Shown here: positions 27,319 to 37,913 of the stretch, one piece after another
Numbering within the stretch: position 1 is the first letter of the stretch
Layout of the letters: every line of letters starts with the position of its first letter
From: a virus
Length of the DNA stretch: 64,000 nucleotides
Reading direction: 5' to 3' (one strand)
Virus record (IMG/VR): IMGVR_UViG_3300020424_000002
Span: 64,001 to 128,000 of that record
Program-made: the position numbers and the translations under genes
Notes under the pieces: model-generated
The model's database searches: none
Told to the model about the DNA's origin: nothing
Seen by the model: the letters and a program-made list of their open reading frames with translations, nothing else

Positions 27319-29427
27319 CTATACTAATGGGAATGATTTTGCAGATGATGTTATTTTAACAGTTTGAACTTGTAATCCAAAAAAGTTTAACAATGCATTG
27401 AACATTCCTTTTCCTAAATTTTTAATTTTTTTAAATACTGCTTTAACTCTTTTCATAATTGCATTTAAAATTTTCTTTGCTTGATTCTTTATTGCAGAAC
27501 CCACATCTTTAACCTTTTGTACTAATCTACTAAACATTTGAAACTCATCTAATTGTTCTACTGCACCTTCATGTAAAAGTTGCATACCCATTCTTTCTTT
27601 TTGTAATTCTTCTTTTACAATTTGTTTAAAGTTTACTTTACCACTTCTCATGGAGAGATAAGGTTTAGAACCACCACCACCTGTTTTAAATGATACATAG
27701 AACTTGTTTGTTTGTGCAAGAACTTTTGCATCCGATGGTTTGTTCATAGGAAGATGTTTAGTAATTGTTCCATTATCTGCATTAAACTCTACCAATTCAT
27801 TTGCAACTGCAAGTGGTTCTGCAAATTTTCCTATTCCAGTTGCAGCTTCAAAGCAGAAGAATTGTTTGAAATCTAAACTTTCAAATAAAGAATCCATTTC
27901 AGCAGTTAGTTCTTTTGCAGTAAATTGTAAGTTTTCCATTTGTTCTATACTTTTCTTTTGTGCTGGTGTTAAAGGTTTACCACTATCTCTAAGTTTTTCT
28001 AATGCACCTATAGTTCCTTTTTCATTCATTTCACCCATTTTCTTTTCTAAACTATCAATAACACTCTTAACTTGTCTAGGTGAATTTTCTCCCATCATTG
28101 ACATTGCAGACTCAAATGTTGATATTGTTTCTTCTTTTTTACCAGACATTAACTGTGAACCACCAGCTTTCTTTAGAGATATTTTTCTTTTTCTTTTATT
28201 ACCAAGTAAATCTGTTTTAGGTGTTTTGTTTTTACCTTTCCATTTTGGATTTAATTTTGCAGTTGAACTTCCAAACTGTTCTAGTTCAGTTATTCCTAGT
28301 TTCTTTTTGAATGTTTTTCCAAGTTTAATTGCATCCTCTCCATAGTTTGCCCAAAACTTTTCTGCTCTGTCCCACTCTGCACCTTCTTGTTTATCATTGA
28401 CTGCAACTGCAATTAGAGCTTCCCAATCTTCTCCTGCTGGTGTTGGGTTTCCATCTGGTAATCTAGTAAAGTAAGAACCATAAGAACTTGAAGTACCAGC
28501 AAGTGTTATTGATTTACCATCTGGTGCTTTTAGTTGTTTTCTTGCATCACCTGTTCCTATATCTACTGGCAAATCTTTATCATCTTCAACTTCAAACACA
28601 TCACCAGACTTATATCCTAATGAATTTAATTTACCCCATTTACCATTGTATAAAAATTGAAATCCTGTTTTATACTTTCCTTGCATTATAGATGCTTCAT
28701 TTAAATCTGAAATACCTTCAAAGTGTAGTTTAGTTTCTTTTATACCAGACTTTTCTTTGTAGTGATTATAGAATGCACCAGCAAGTTGATGACCAAACTC
28801 TGTATCCGAAGGATAGTGAACTCCAGCAATCTGTCTAGAATTACCTATATCGTCACCTATTCTTTTGATGTTACCTTTATGTTCAAATGGTACTCTGTCT
28901 GCAAGATACAAACTTACAAACCTACCTTCGGTTGCATGTCCAGAAGGATATGCTGGTGTCTCTGCTGTTTTTAGTGGATAAACATTGAAGTTTGCTTGAC
29001 GAAAGAATGTAAGAACTTTCGACAGTTTTTGTGGTCTTGGTCTGTTGTAATGTATCTTAAGTTGTAGAACAATAGGTGCAAGTTGGTCTTTTAATTTTAT
29101 AACATCTTCCAAATCTTTCATTGGTAAATCATGTTCTTTGTAATAATTCTTAAATGGTTTCATCAACTTTTGGTCAACTAAGTCCATAAATTCTCTTGCA
29201 TCATTACGATAAACTTCGTAAGATTGTAATATTTTAAGTTCTTGTTTTGTTGCTACAGAAGAATTTTTGTAAGGATGATACTCTACCCACTGTTGAACTG
29301 GGAAATCTTTAAACACTCCTCTGTCTGCATTTAACTGTTTTTTTCTCTTGGGAGACATAGGCATGTTATGACCTAGATTGTCTACTGAGGAGTTGTCTTC
29401 TTTTAGGTGTTCGTAAAATGTTTGCAT
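27319..29427 (-). CDS. PAP2 phosphatase/haloperoxidase fused to a PD-(D/E)xK-like nuclease domain
   Basis: K..YNRPRP, YPSGH, SR..AGVHYPSD; C-terminal TPKTD...ISLKK; start reassigned to MQTFYEHLKE after late promoter. Confidence 0.75.
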   Translation of the reverse strand: MQTFYEHLKEDNSSVDNLGHNMPMSPKRKKQLNADRGVFKDFPVQQWVEYHPYKNSSVATKQELKILQSYEVYRNDAREFMDLVDQKLMKPFKNYYKEHDLPMKDLEDVIKLKDQLAPIVLQLKIHYNRPRPQKLSKVLTFFRQANFNVYPLKTAETPAYPSGHATEGRFVSLYLADRVPFEHKGNIKRIGDDIGNSRQIAGVHYPSDTEFGHQLAGAFYNHYKEKSGIKETKLHFEGISDLNEASIMQGKYKTGFQFLYNGKWGKLNSLGYKSGDVFEVEDDKDLPVDIGTGDARKQLKAPDGKSITLAGTSSSYGSYFTRLPDGNPTPAGEDWEALIAVAVNDKQEGAEWDRAEKFWANYGEDAIKLGKTFKKKLGITELEQFGSSTAKLNPKWKGKNKTPKTDLLGNKRKRKISLKKAGGSQLMSGKKEETISTFESAMSMMGENSPRQVKSVIDSLEKKMGEMNEKGTIGALEKLRDSGKPLTPAQKKSIEQMENLQFTAKELTAEMDSLFESLDFKQFFCFEAATGIGKFAEPLAVANELVEFNADNGTITKHLPMNKPSDAKVLAQTNKFYVSFKTGGGGSKPYLSMRSGKVNFKQIVKEELQKERMGMQLLHEGAVEQLDEFQMFSRLVQKVKDVGSAIKNQAKKILNAIMKRVKAVFKKIKNLGKGMFNALLNFFGLQVQTVKITSSAKSFPLV

Positions 29428-29441
29428 AATACTATTTATGC

Positions 29442-29473
29442 AAATAAAAAAGGGAACAATGGCCATTGTTCCC
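29442..29473 (-). terminator. Intrinsic terminator
   Basis: GGGAACAAT-GGCC-ATTGTTCCC followed by TTTTTATTT; CATAAATA late promoter just downstream (29433-29440). Confidence 0.85.
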
Positions 29474-29553
29474 TTAGTAGCAATTTACTCTGTTAGTTAT
29501 ATGTGAATGTTTTCCTAACTTGTTCCGAGCGGAAGGACGCCAATCGACTCTAT

Positions 29554-29700
29554 CTACTGCCCTACGATTTCACTGGACTCATTTCTTTGTTTTTCTTTTT
29601 CCCAATCTTCCCAATCATGTGGTGTTCCAGCATTAGGTCTGGAATTAGATTTTGCTCTTTCCCATGCTTGTTTTTCTAATGTTCTAGGAAAATCTTTCAT
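29554..29700 (-). CDS. Small hypothetical protein (48 aa; not in ORF track)
   Basis: MKDFPRTLEKQAW...PHDWEDW; ATGA overlap with upstream gene. Confidence 0.55.
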   Translation of the reverse strand: MKDFPRTLEKQAWERAKSNSRPNAGTPHDWEDWEKEKQRNESSEIVGQ

Positions 29701-29954
29701 TTCTTTAATCTATGTTGTTTTAAAAGATTGTCGTATTCTTCAATTTGGTTTTGAAGTTTTATTTGTTTGTCTTCGTTTACTTTGAGTTTTCTTAAGTGTA
29801 TAAGTTCTTTCTTCAAAGTAACTTTTCTTTGAAGAATATCAACTGTTGCATTACTACTTAAAGTACCAAGTTTGTTCCCATTATCAGACATATTATAATT
29901 ATTCCTATCAAAATGTATCGATTTCTCCTTACTCTTTGACGATACTGTAACCAT
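29697..29954 (-). CDS. Hypothetical coiled-coil protein
   Basis: ORF; CATAAATA upstream (30024-30031). Confidence 0.55.
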   Translation of the reverse strand: MVTVSSKSKEKSIHFDRNNYNMSDNGNKLGTLSSNATVDILQRKVTLKKELIHLRKLKVNEDKQIKLQNQIEEYDNLLKQHRLKK

Positions 29955-30026
29955 GGTAAAAAATCTTCACCAATTTTTGGTATATAATCCTTAAACTCTG
30001 AGTTAGGAAATATATCCTTAAAGTAT

Positions 30027-30563
30027 TTATGCATTTTTAGATTCTCCTTTTACCAATTTTAATACGCTTCTCATTTTTTTAAGTTCTTCAATAGTGTGTT
30101 TTGCAGACTTATGTAAGATACCAATTCCACCAGCATTCTCCCATGCTTCTATGTTTTTTGGTCTGTCGTCAATTAAAACATTACCTTTTTGTGCAAAAAC
30201 AGCCTTTTGAGTACCACTATAAGTGCATGTAACTACAACATAAGGGTCTACATACTGTTTAATCCACTCGTTTTTATCATAAACTACAATGTTTCTATTG
30301 ATTGCACCAGCAGCTGTAAGTATTTCCCAAGGTAATCCAGTATGTTTTACATACCCAATCAACTCATGATAATCAACCATTGGTGGTAAATTTCTAAATA
30401 ATCTTTTGTTTGTTAGTTCTTCTTTTCTCTCATCATACTCAGAATGACCATAATCATCGGAAGTTAATGGTCTACCTAACATATCACTGACACCAGCAAG
30501 GAAATCAACAAGGACTCCATCCATGTCAATAAAAATTCTTTTTGGTGCTACTTTATTCTCCAT
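30027..30563 (-). CDS. HAD 5'(3')-deoxyribonucleotidase
   Basis: IDMDGVLVDF, ILTA, K..W, LIDDR..N...W...GGIGI. Confidence 0.88.
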   Translation of the reverse strand: MENKVAPKRIFIDMDGVLVDFLAGVSDMLGRPLTSDDYGHSEYDERKEELTNKRLFRNLPPMVDYHELIGYVKHTGLPWEILTAAGAINRNIVVYDKNEWIKQYVDPYVVVTCTYSGTQKAVFAQKGNVLIDDRPKNIEAWENAGGIGILHKSAKHTIEELKKMRSVLKLVKGESKNA

Positions 30564-30762
30564 GTAATGCTCTCCAGTCTGCTGGAGTATATCCAGTCAT
30601 GATAAACTCCCTCTCATCATCATTAAGGTTAGGGAAGATATCTTGAATTAATCTCCTCTCTTCAGCAGGTGCATTCCACTCTGCAATTTGTTCTTGACTA
30701 ATGTCAAGATACATCTTGTTAACATTACCTGTTAGGGGACTAATTCTTGTTACTTCTACCAT
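30553..30762 (-). CDS. Hypothetical protein
   Basis: LIQ..FP.L...EREFI.TG motif; AAGGAG SD. Confidence 0.7.
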   Translation of the reverse strand: MVEVTRISPLTGNVNKMYLDISQEQIAEWNAPAEERRLIQDIFPNLNDDEREFIMTGYTPADWRALHGE

Positions 30763-30785
30763 ATTTACTCCTTTACTATGTACAT

Positions 30786-30815
30786 AGTATACAATTTTAT
30801 GTACCTATGTGTCAA
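30786..30815 (-). promoter_or_regulatory. Class A promoter
   Basis: TTGACA-catAGGTACAtaaaattg-TATACT. Confidence 0.85.
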
Positions 30816-30816
30816 A

Positions 30817-31164
30817 TTACCTTAAATAGTCTGGGCCGTATATTCTCATTGAGTTAGGGTCAATTCTATATCCATCAAAAAGGTTTCCTCTTGGTGCATT
30901 CAAAGCTGGTGTTTTCCATCCAGCAGATTTGAGAATATCACCTTCTCTAAAAGTGATTCCACTTGGTTTAGACCATTCCTTTTTGTTAATAAAACCCCAT
31001 ACTGAACGATGGTCACCATGTTCACAATTGATTATACGAATGTATTTTGGGCCAACTGAATAATCAAAAGATACTTTATCTCTACTGTGTTCCCATCTTT
31101 CATGCATTGCTTTTGTCAAACACTCACATAACCTTTCTACTTTTTCTTTTAACTCTGGACTCAT
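30817..31164 (-). CDS. Conserved phage hypothetical protein
   Basis: G.KY.RI...SVWGFI...GDILK.AGWK.PA...RGN. Confidence 0.7.
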   Translation of the reverse strand: MSPELKEKVERLCECLTKAMHERWEHSRDKVSFDYSVGPKYIRIINCEHGDHRSVWGFINKKEWSKPSGITFREGDILKSAGWKTPALNAPRGNLFDGYRIDPNSMRIYGPDYLR

Positions 31165-31469
31165 TATGCAATCTCCCTATCATATTCAAAACCTTCTTTC
31201 ATCCAATCGACTAAAGTACCTTTCATACTCCATGCATTGTAATCACCAGTACATTTAATTCCTATACCATATGAATCAAAAACTAACTTGTAGTATTTGT
31301 TTCCATCAATCATATCGTAACCATCTTTTCCACTTAACCAATATGCATCATATTGACCTTTAACTGGAACTAAATTTATATTACATTTTTTACGAAGAAA
31401 ATTTACAACTTTATCAACTGAAATTTTTCCTTCTTTACTTAATATTAGTTTTGCATTACCTAATTTCAT
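31164..31469 (-). CDS. Hypothetical protein
   Basis: GAGG SD; follows a class A promoter. Confidence 0.65.
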   Translation of the reverse strand: MKLGNAKLILSKEGKISVDKVVNFLRKKCNINLVPVKGQYDAYWLSGKDGYDMIDGNKYYKLVFDSYGIGIKCTGDYNAWSMKGTLVDWMKEGFEYDREIA

Positions 31470-31493
31470 TTATACCTCACAATTTATACATAT

Positions 31494-31523
31494 ATTATAC
31501 TAAAATGTGTACCCTAGTGTAAA
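31494..31523 (-). promoter_or_regulatory. Class A promoter
   Basis: TTTACA-ctaGGGTACAcattttag-TATAAT. Confidence 0.85.
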
Positions 31524-31735
31524 GGTCTTTCGTCACCATTTACAAAGATGGATACTAAGTCATAATTTCCAATGATGTCAATACCTATACGATATCTGAC
31601 ACTTTGACACATTAAATCCCAACTTGCATCAATATCAGATTTATCAAGTGCAAGTTGCATTTCTTTCGAATTGAGAGGGATGTTGATGAGACGAAAGTCT
31701 CCACCCCTTTGTTGTATTACTATCCCATTTTTCAT
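31514..31735 (-). CDS. Hypothetical protein (start reassigned to MKNGIV)
   Basis: Track start lies within the promoter; ATG ~6 nt after the -10 suggests a leaderless mRNA. Confidence 0.6.
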   Translation of the reverse strand: MKNGIVIQQRGGDFRLINIPLNSKEMQLALDKSDIDASWDLMCQSVRYRIGIDIIGNYDLVSIFVNGDERPLH

Positions 31736-31741
31736 ACTTAT

Positions 31742-31771
31742 ATTATATGAAAAAATGTACCTATGTGTCAA
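31742..31771 (-). promoter_or_regulatory. Class A promoter
   Basis: TTGACA-catAGGTACAttttttca-TATAAT. Confidence 0.85.
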
Positions 31772-32517
31772 TCCCAGTGTGGTGGTTGATTTTCAAAATC
31801 GTGATGAATATTACCAGCTATACAATATCTATCTGTTTTAACTGTTACTGGTTTTACTTGATGAAAACAGTATGCTGGAAAGACTACTAATTGTCCTGTA
31901 TGTGGTGGAATGCTAAGCATGGTTTTCCCCCATTGATGTGTTTTTTCTTGCACATGGTCTGCACACATAGATAAATCCATTTCTATACTACCATCTGGGA
32001 AAGTGCATATTTCTAATGGTTGTGCAATTTCTGGATTTTCAATATATGGATAATAGGTAAAACTTACCAATGCTGGTTCATGAGAATGTGCTGGTGTTAC
32101 ATCGTTTACATTATATTCCATACCCCACACCTGTGAAAATACTGGTAAAAAATCTTTGATTTGTGTCATAAAATTATTCGTAATTTCATATCCAATCCAG
32201 TCTAAAAGGTGTTGCATATGTGAACTATCAAAAGATTTCCAACCTGTGAATTTGGAAACACCAGCATTTATTGTATCGTGGACACCTTGTCCTTTTCCAT
32301 CCATGTCAAGAATGTAATTTACAAGGTGATGATTGATGTCCATAATTTGTTGAGGAGCATCAGTTGTATAGACCTTGGTATTAGTTGATAGGTCTGGTAT
32401 GAAGTTATATGTCCCATCCATCGGTTTTTTCTCCAGAGATTCTCTGGCCAGATTCACTTTTATCAAATGCAGGCCCAGAGTCATGTAATTCTTCTGTTGC
32501 AGACTGTTCACAATCAT
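31768..32517 (-). CDS. 2OG-Fe(II) oxygenase (true start probably ~32424)
   Basis: W...Y, HSH, SF.YY, G.LVVFP...H.V, R..IAGN. Confidence 0.75.
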   Translation of the reverse strand: MIVNSLQQKNYMTLGLHLIKVNLARESLEKKPMDGTYNFIPDLSTNTKVYTTDAPQQIMDINHHLVNYILDMDGKGQGVHDTINAGVSKFTGWKSFDSSHMQHLLDWIGYEITNNFMTQIKDFLPVFSQVWGMEYNVNDVTPAHSHEPALVSFTYYPYIENPEIAQPLEICTFPDGSIEMDLSMCADHVQEKTHQWGKTMLSIPPHTGQLVVFPAYCFHQVKPVTVKTDRYCIAGNIHHDFENQPPHWD

Positions 32518-33790
32518 ACAACTTCATTCTTGCTCTGTCTACACCTATGATGAATCTTCTGAAATAAGTTGGGTCATTATATCTATTCTTCAATTGTTTG
32601 ACCATGATTTGGTCAAGTTCTTCTAGTTCTTCTGTAGATATTAATGCAACCATTAAGTCAGCAGTTGCTGGTAAACCAAATGATTCGGATGTATCTTCAA
32701 GTCCTATATCTGTAGATGTAAATCCTTGTCTGTTAGTTTGTGTTGCAGTGACAATTGGTAGTTTGAATTCAACTGCAAGTCCTCTCATTTCCTCTGCAAT
32801 ACTCTTAACCATCGTATAAGAGTTTACACTTGAGTTTGCTCTCATTCTTGCAGATGCACAAATGTTTAGATAATCAACATAAATGATATCTGGAATAAAG
32901 TCTTTTTTAAGATTAAGTTCTTGTAGTAAATGTCTAAAATGTCCTGTATGTGCAGACGCAGTAGGATATTCTTTAACGATTAGTTTACCTGTTGTCTTAT
33001 CACGAATAGATTTAACTTTCTTATCATACATATCTTTTGGTAAATTAGAAAGTTCTTGAATAGGTAAGTTCATTAGATTTGCATCGATTCTTTCTGCAAT
33101 CTTTTCTTCACTCATTTCCATGGATATATAAAGTACATTCTTACCCATCATAAGATTGTTGGCTGCACAATGACACATGAATAATGATTTACCAACACCT
33201 GTTCCAGCCATAACAACATTCAAAGTTTTATTTGGTAAACCACCCTTTGTAATCTTGTTCATCATTTCAAGGTCGAATGGTAGTTTGTCTTCTACAGTGT
33301 TGTAGGATATAAATCTATCATCTGCATCCTCGATAAAATCATGACCAATGTGTTGGTCAAAAGAAACTGACAATGCATCTTTTAGAATATCTGGAATCTC
33401 ACCCTTTTCTCTTTTGGATGATTTATCAATAATCTGAATACTTTCCATAACTGCATTATAGATTGCTCTATCTTTACACCACTTCTCAGTTTCATCTACA
33501 AGAAAATCATGTGGTGTTTCTTCACTATTTTCTTTACATGCATTGATTATGTTTTGTGCATTCTTAATCTCTTCATCATTATGACCAGACAAATCATTTA
33601 GTTGAATATTCAAAGCTTCATGAGTAGGACACTCATTATACTTCATAAAGTATTCAGTGATTTGTTTATATACTAATCTTTCTGACCTATCTGTAAAATA
33701 GTCTTCCTCTAGATATGGAAGGACTTTTCTTGTAAAATTATCAGATGTAAAAAGATTTTTTAATATTGATTCTTCAATTCTATTCTGCAA
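32405..33790 (-). CDS. gp41: Replicative helicase (T4 gp41-like)
   Basis: [44 protein letters not shown]. Confidence 0.96.
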   Translation of the reverse strand: MQNRIEESILKNLFTSDNFTRKVLPYLEEDYFTDRSERLVYKQITEYFMKYNECPTHEALNIQLNDLSGHNDEEIKNAQNIINACKENSEETPHDFLVDETEKWCKDRAIYNAVMESIQIIDKSSKREKGEIPDILKDALSVSFDQHIGHDFIEDADDRFISYNTVEDKLPFDLEMMNKITKGGLPNKTLNVVMAGTGVGKSLFMCHCAANNLMMGKNVLYISMEMSEEKIAERIDANLMNLPIQELSNLPKDMYDKKVKSIRDKTTGKLIVKEYPTASAHTGHFRHLLQELNLKKDFIPDIIYVDYLNICASARMRANSSVNSYTMVKSIAEEMRGLAVEFKLPIVTATQTNRQGFTSTDIGLEDTSESFGLPATADLMVALISTEELEELDQIMVKQLKNRYNDPTYFRRFIIGVDRARMKLYDCEQSATEELHDSGPAFDKSESGQRISGEKTDGWDI

Positions 33791-34832
33791 TTACTTCACC
33801 TGTTTCTGTATCAATAACTTCTTCTCTACCATACTTAAACTCTTTTTTTGCACACTCGTTGAGTTGTGTTAAGACTTCTTCTGTAAAGTATTTCTCTGGA
33901 TTATTATTAATAGTTTTACCGAACTGAGTTGTACCATCTGGAAGTTCAATTCTTGTTGATGTCTGTTTAAAGATACCATACTTTAGTGCTAAGTCAAGTA
34001 AACCATAGTATCTATCAAGACCTTTGTCATATGTTAACCTAACATCAACCATTTTGTTTTCCACTGTAAGTCTTGATTTATGATTCTTACAATGAATAAT
34101 ATTACCAATAATCTCTGTTCCATCTTTTTCTTTTTTCTTAGATAGATAAATGATTGAAGAGGCTGCATACTTCAATCCACTACCACCACCCATTTCTTTT
34201 TGTGGGAACATAGAACCAATCACATCATAGGTATGGTTCGTTACTATCATCGGTATTCCTACTTTACCAAGTTTCAAAGTTAACACTCTGAATGTACCCT
34301 TGATAACTTGTGCCTTGGTCATGTCTCTAACATTTTTACCAGACCCAATATCTTCTGTTTCTTTGATTGTAGATAACATACCTAGTGAATCAAGAACAAA
34401 GAAAAGTTTCTCATCACCTTTCTTTCCTTTCTCAAATCCATCGATAATGTTTACAGCTTGAGTTCTAAACTCTTCAATAGTTGTCACTGGAACAAGAAGT
34501 ATTCGACTTGTATCAATACCTCTTTCCTCTAACATTTCTTGAGTCAATGCAGATTCAGACTCAAAGTAAACGACATTACCCTCTGGGTTGTCTTCTAAAA
34601 ACTTTTGTACCATTCCTAATGCAAAGAATGTTTTACCTGTTGCAGACTCACCTGCTAATGCAGTTATCTTATTAGATGGGATACCACGATAGATATCACC
34701 ACTTACTAATGCATTAAAAATATAAGAACCTGTATCGATATAACCATCAACATCACCTGCTACGATTCCATCGGATACAACTCCTGCTAACTCATTACCA
34801 CTTGCTTTTGCAAGGTCTTTTAATAAATCCAT
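33780..34832 (-). CDS. uvsX: UvsX RecA-like recombinase
   Basis: [24 protein letters not shown]. Confidence 0.96.
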   Translation of the reverse strand: MDLLKDLAKASGNELAGVVSDGIVAGDVDGYIDTGSYIFNALVSGDIYRGIPSNKITALAGESATGKTFFALGMVQKFLEDNPEGNVVYFESESALTQEMLEERGIDTSRILLVPVTTIEEFRTQAVNIIDGFEKGKKGDEKLFFVLDSLGMLSTIKETEDIGSGKNVRDMTKAQVIKGTFRVLTLKLGKVGIPMIVTNHTYDVIGSMFPQKEMGGGSGLKYAASSIIYLSKKKEKDGTEIIGNIIHCKNHKSRLTVENKMVDVRLTYDKGLDRYYGLLDLALKYGIFKQTSTRIELPDGTTQFGKTINNNPEKYFTEEVLTQLNECAKKEFKYGREEVIDTETGEVIAE

Positions 34833-34857
34833 AATATATTCCTCGACTTGTTATACT

Positions 34858-34885
34858 ATTATACTATCAATCTCTATTCTGTCAA
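34858..34885 (-). promoter_or_regulatory. Class B promoter (16-bp spacer) for uvsX-gp41
   Basis: TTGACA-gaatagagattgatag-TATAAT. Confidence 0.75.
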
Positions 34886-37362
34886 CTGAAAAAATTTTCT
34901 AGGGATGATACTGGTTCAGTTGACCACCCTATTTTTTCAAGTATTAGTTTTAGAGGTTCAATGAATGATTTGTCAAATTGCAAATCATAATCTATGTAAG
35001 GATGAAGTTCAAACTCTCTAGGTAAAGTATTGATAAATCCTATGACATTCTCTTTGATTGGATTTGGTATTTTTAAATATAAAAACTTCATATGTTCTCC
35101 ACTTGAAATGCTTTCATATTTCATTCCTATATCTTTTTTACCCAGATAATGATTATATAATAAAGATGCTCTGACATGCATAGGTGTAGATTTTTTGTAT
35201 ATGGTTACTGCATTTTCATATTCATTAATACCATTAACTCTTCTAGGGAATGCAATATCATTTGGTTCTAATCCTTTAAATTCTTTTCTTGCATCATCTA
35301 CAAATTCATGTACAAGTTTTTCATCACCTTTCATGACAACCTTCAATGCATCCTCTAGTTTATCACGAACCCATGCTGGTGTTGACGACTTTGCAGTTTC
35401 AATACCCATCATTTTAAGTTTAGGTTCGTGCAGTCTTACACCTTCATTATCATGTACATTGAGAATGTATCTTTTCTTTGCAGTCCAGATTGCTTTGTCA
35501 GCAATTACTTCACGACCCATGACCATCTTGTTTTGATATGCATTTGTATAATCTGCAAGCTCTTGATAACATTTATTAATAACATCTTGCATTTTACCCT
35601 TTGCAACTTGGTCAAGAAAATCTATAGGGTTTTTTGGTTGAACACTCTTGATTAGTTCATCAAATCTTACATAAATTGAATCTGTATCAATTGCAACAAC
35701 ATAATCATCTTCTGTATTTAAAATGGTATTTAAGTACTTGTTAACAGCCTTTTCGACCCATTTAATTGCTAGTTGACCACTACTTGTTACTGCTTCTGCA
35801 TTTGATAACTCAAAGTATCTAAACCACTCATTACCAATTGCACCATAGGCACTGTTCAAAGAAATCTTACGAACCATCTGGTTGTTATATGCAATTGCAA
35901 TCTTTCTGTTCAATTCTTGTTTTAGTTTAGGGTCATCTGTAGACTCAAACTCTTTCTGGTGTTCAATCATCTTATTCTTCCACAACACCCTTTCATCATA
36001 TAAGTTTTCTAGAATCTCTGGAAGAAATCCTTGTTTTCTTTTACTAAATCTTGCACCATTTGGTGTAGTTGCATAATGACTTTGTATGTCCAGTTCTTTG
36101 TCTAACATTTTATCAACTGATAAACTCATATCAGAAGATTCTACAGCAGTTTCTGGGCTGATATTGTATTGCATAATTAAATGTGGATATAGACTATTTA
36201 AGTCAAAAGATACTACCCACTCATGCATTCCTACTTGAGGTTCTTTAACATATGCACCCATGAACTTTTGTTTTTTGGGTTGTCCAGTTCTAGATGGTGG
36301 AACAATAATGTTCTGTTGTCTTAAACGATTGAAGATTAAAATATCCCAGTATCTTACTTGTCTGAATGCATCAAGATAATTACACTTTGCAGAATATGAC
36401 ATTGCAAGTAGTAATCCCATTAATCCTAGTTTATCTTCAAGTTCCTCTACCAAAGTCACATCACGAACATTATACTCTAGAAACTTTTGATAATCTTTTC
36501 TATAGAATAGATGCATTGCACCAAACTCTTCGTAATTGATTTTACCTTTACCAAGTTCTATCTGACAAATGTTTTCTAGTTTGTAACTATCTCGTCTTTT
36601 AAAAGTAAACTTTTGATAAAGTTGTAAGTAATCTACAACTTCAATACCTGTTAGTGTATATGCTTGTTGTTTCTTATTGAATGTATCCCACTCACGAACT
36701 GTGGTTATATTCCATGGAGATAGTTGGTCTGCAATTGTAGAACCAAATAACTTGTTGATTCTATTATAAAGATAAGTGATATCAAACTGGTCAACATTCC
36801 AACCAGTTATAATGTCTGGATAATTTTTTTTGTATTCTTCTAGGAAAGTTTTAAGAAGTTGTTTTTCATTTCGACAATGAAAGTATTTTATCGTTGGGTC
36901 ATTGTGTTCCCATACTTGTGTTCCGAACACATACTTGGTATCTTGTCCAAAAAACTTATATGTAATTGCATTAATTTCTTCTGCAGCTTCTGTAGGTTCT
37001 GGAAATCCATCTTCACACTCACACTCAATATCAAGATTCATAATACGAATGTGTCTCATCATCCATTCAATTTCTTGAGGGAAATACTCTGCAATATAAG
37101 CGTAAGGATGTCTTTCTATTCCATGAATATCGAACCCTTCTACATCTTTCCATTTCTCACGAAACTGTCTTGCTTGTGCAATGGAAGTAAATTTTTTGGG
37201 TTCTAGGTTTTTACCTTTGATACTTCTGAATGAAGAATCTTTATTTGTTGGAACATAGAAAGTAGGTTTGTATTGTACTTGTTTTTGAATATACTCCCCA
37301 TCCTTGAACTCACGAACAAGGATTAGGTTTCTATGTTGATAAACATTTGTGTAAAAGTGCAT
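34882..37362 (-). CDS. gp43: Family B DNA polymerase (T4 gp43-like)
   Basis: DIE exonuclease motif, FDLNSLYP, K.SLNSAYG, DTDS. Confidence 0.98.
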   Translation of the reverse strand: MHFYTNVYQHRNLILVREFKDGEYIQKQVQYKPTFYVPTNKDSSFRSIKGKNLEPKKFTSIAQARQFREKWKDVEGFDIHGIERHPYAYIAEYFPQEIEWMMRHIRIMNLDIECECEDGFPEPTEAAEEINAITYKFFGQDTKYVFGTQVWEHNDPTIKYFHCRNEKQLLKTFLEEYKKNYPDIITGWNVDQFDITYLYNRINKLFGSTIADQLSPWNITTVREWDTFNKKQQAYTLTGIEVVDYLQLYQKFTFKRRDSYKLENICQIELGKGKINYEEFGAMHLFYRKDYQKFLEYNVRDVTLVEELEDKLGLMGLLLAMSYSAKCNYLDAFRQVRYWDILIFNRLRQQNIIVPPSRTGQPKKQKFMGAYVKEPQVGMHEWVVSFDLNSLYPHLIMQYNISPETAVESSDMSLSVDKMLDKELDIQSHYATTPNGARFSKRKQGFLPEILENLYDERVLWKNKMIEHQKEFESTDDPKLKQELNRKIAIAYNNQMVRKISLNSAYGAIGNEWFRYFELSNAEAVTSSGQLAIKWVEKAVNKYLNTILNTEDDYVVAIDTDSIYVRFDELIKSVQPKNPIDFLDQVAKGKMQDVINKCYQELADYTNAYQNKMVMGREVIADKAIWTAKKRYILNVHDNEGVRLHEPKLKMMGIETAKSSTPAWVRDKLEDALKVVMKGDEKLVHEFVDDARKEFKGLEPNDIAFPRRVNGINEYENAVTIYKKSTPMHVRASLLYNHYLGKKDIGMKYESISSGEHMKFLYLKIPNPIKENVIGFINTLPREFELHPYIDYDLQFDKSFIEPLKLILEKIGWSTEPVSSLENFFS

Positions 37363-37383
37363 ATATCTAGTATACTACTAGTT

Positions 37384-37614
37384 TTAGTTTTCGTCAATCT
37401 GAATTGAGTTGTGGTCATTGAAATGTTTTTTCAATGTATTGATATTGTCTTCAGCCTCAGATATTTTTTGTATTTGAGAATGAATTGCATCGATAACATC
37501 TGGATGTTCTCCGATACCAGCTGGGTTATGTAAATAGATATCTACATTTGCTTTTGCCTCTGCAATATGTCCTTTATACTTTTGATATAATGCTTGTACT
37601 ATTGGGTCTTTCAT
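37384..37614 (-). CDS. Conserved hypothetical protein
   Basis: ANV..YL.NPAGIGEHPD motif. Confidence 0.7.
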   Translation of the reverse strand: MKDPIVQALYQKYKGHIAEAKANVDIYLHNPAGIGEHPDVIDAIHSQIQKISEAEDNINTLKKHFNDHNSIQIDEN

Positions 37615-37913
37615 TATGTTACTATTTGTGGGGTTGGTGGTGTAATTACTCCACCTGTTATTGATTCGTATTGATTACGAAGTTTTTGTTCTGGTTCTGC
37701 TGTAAAAACAATATTTTTATAGTTAACCATAATCTCCTCATTGTCTGCCATTGCACCATAAGGAACTAACTGTATGTTAAATCCTTTCTCAGTTTGAGAC
37801 ATGAGTATACCTAAAGGTTTCTTTAGTTTAACCTCTGTATCATATTTTGAGTTTTCTATAAACTCTGATACGAGTTCTTCACCTGTAACTAATTTCAAAT
37901 ATTTTATATTCAT
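37614..37913 (-). CDS. Small Sm-like T4-type protein
   Basis: LKL.TGEE.V...P...P....QY...G.I..P. Confidence 0.65.
   Translation of the reverse strand: MNIKYLKLVTGEELVSEFIENSKYDTEVKLKKPLGILMSQTEKGFNIQLVPYGAMADNEEIMVNYKNIVFTAEPEQKLRNQYESITGGVITPPTPQIVT

Noticed and set aside
29474-29560. Possible riboswitch upstream of the terminator
   Set aside because: Only short hairpins are present, part of it is coding, and I could not match a known aptamer consensus.
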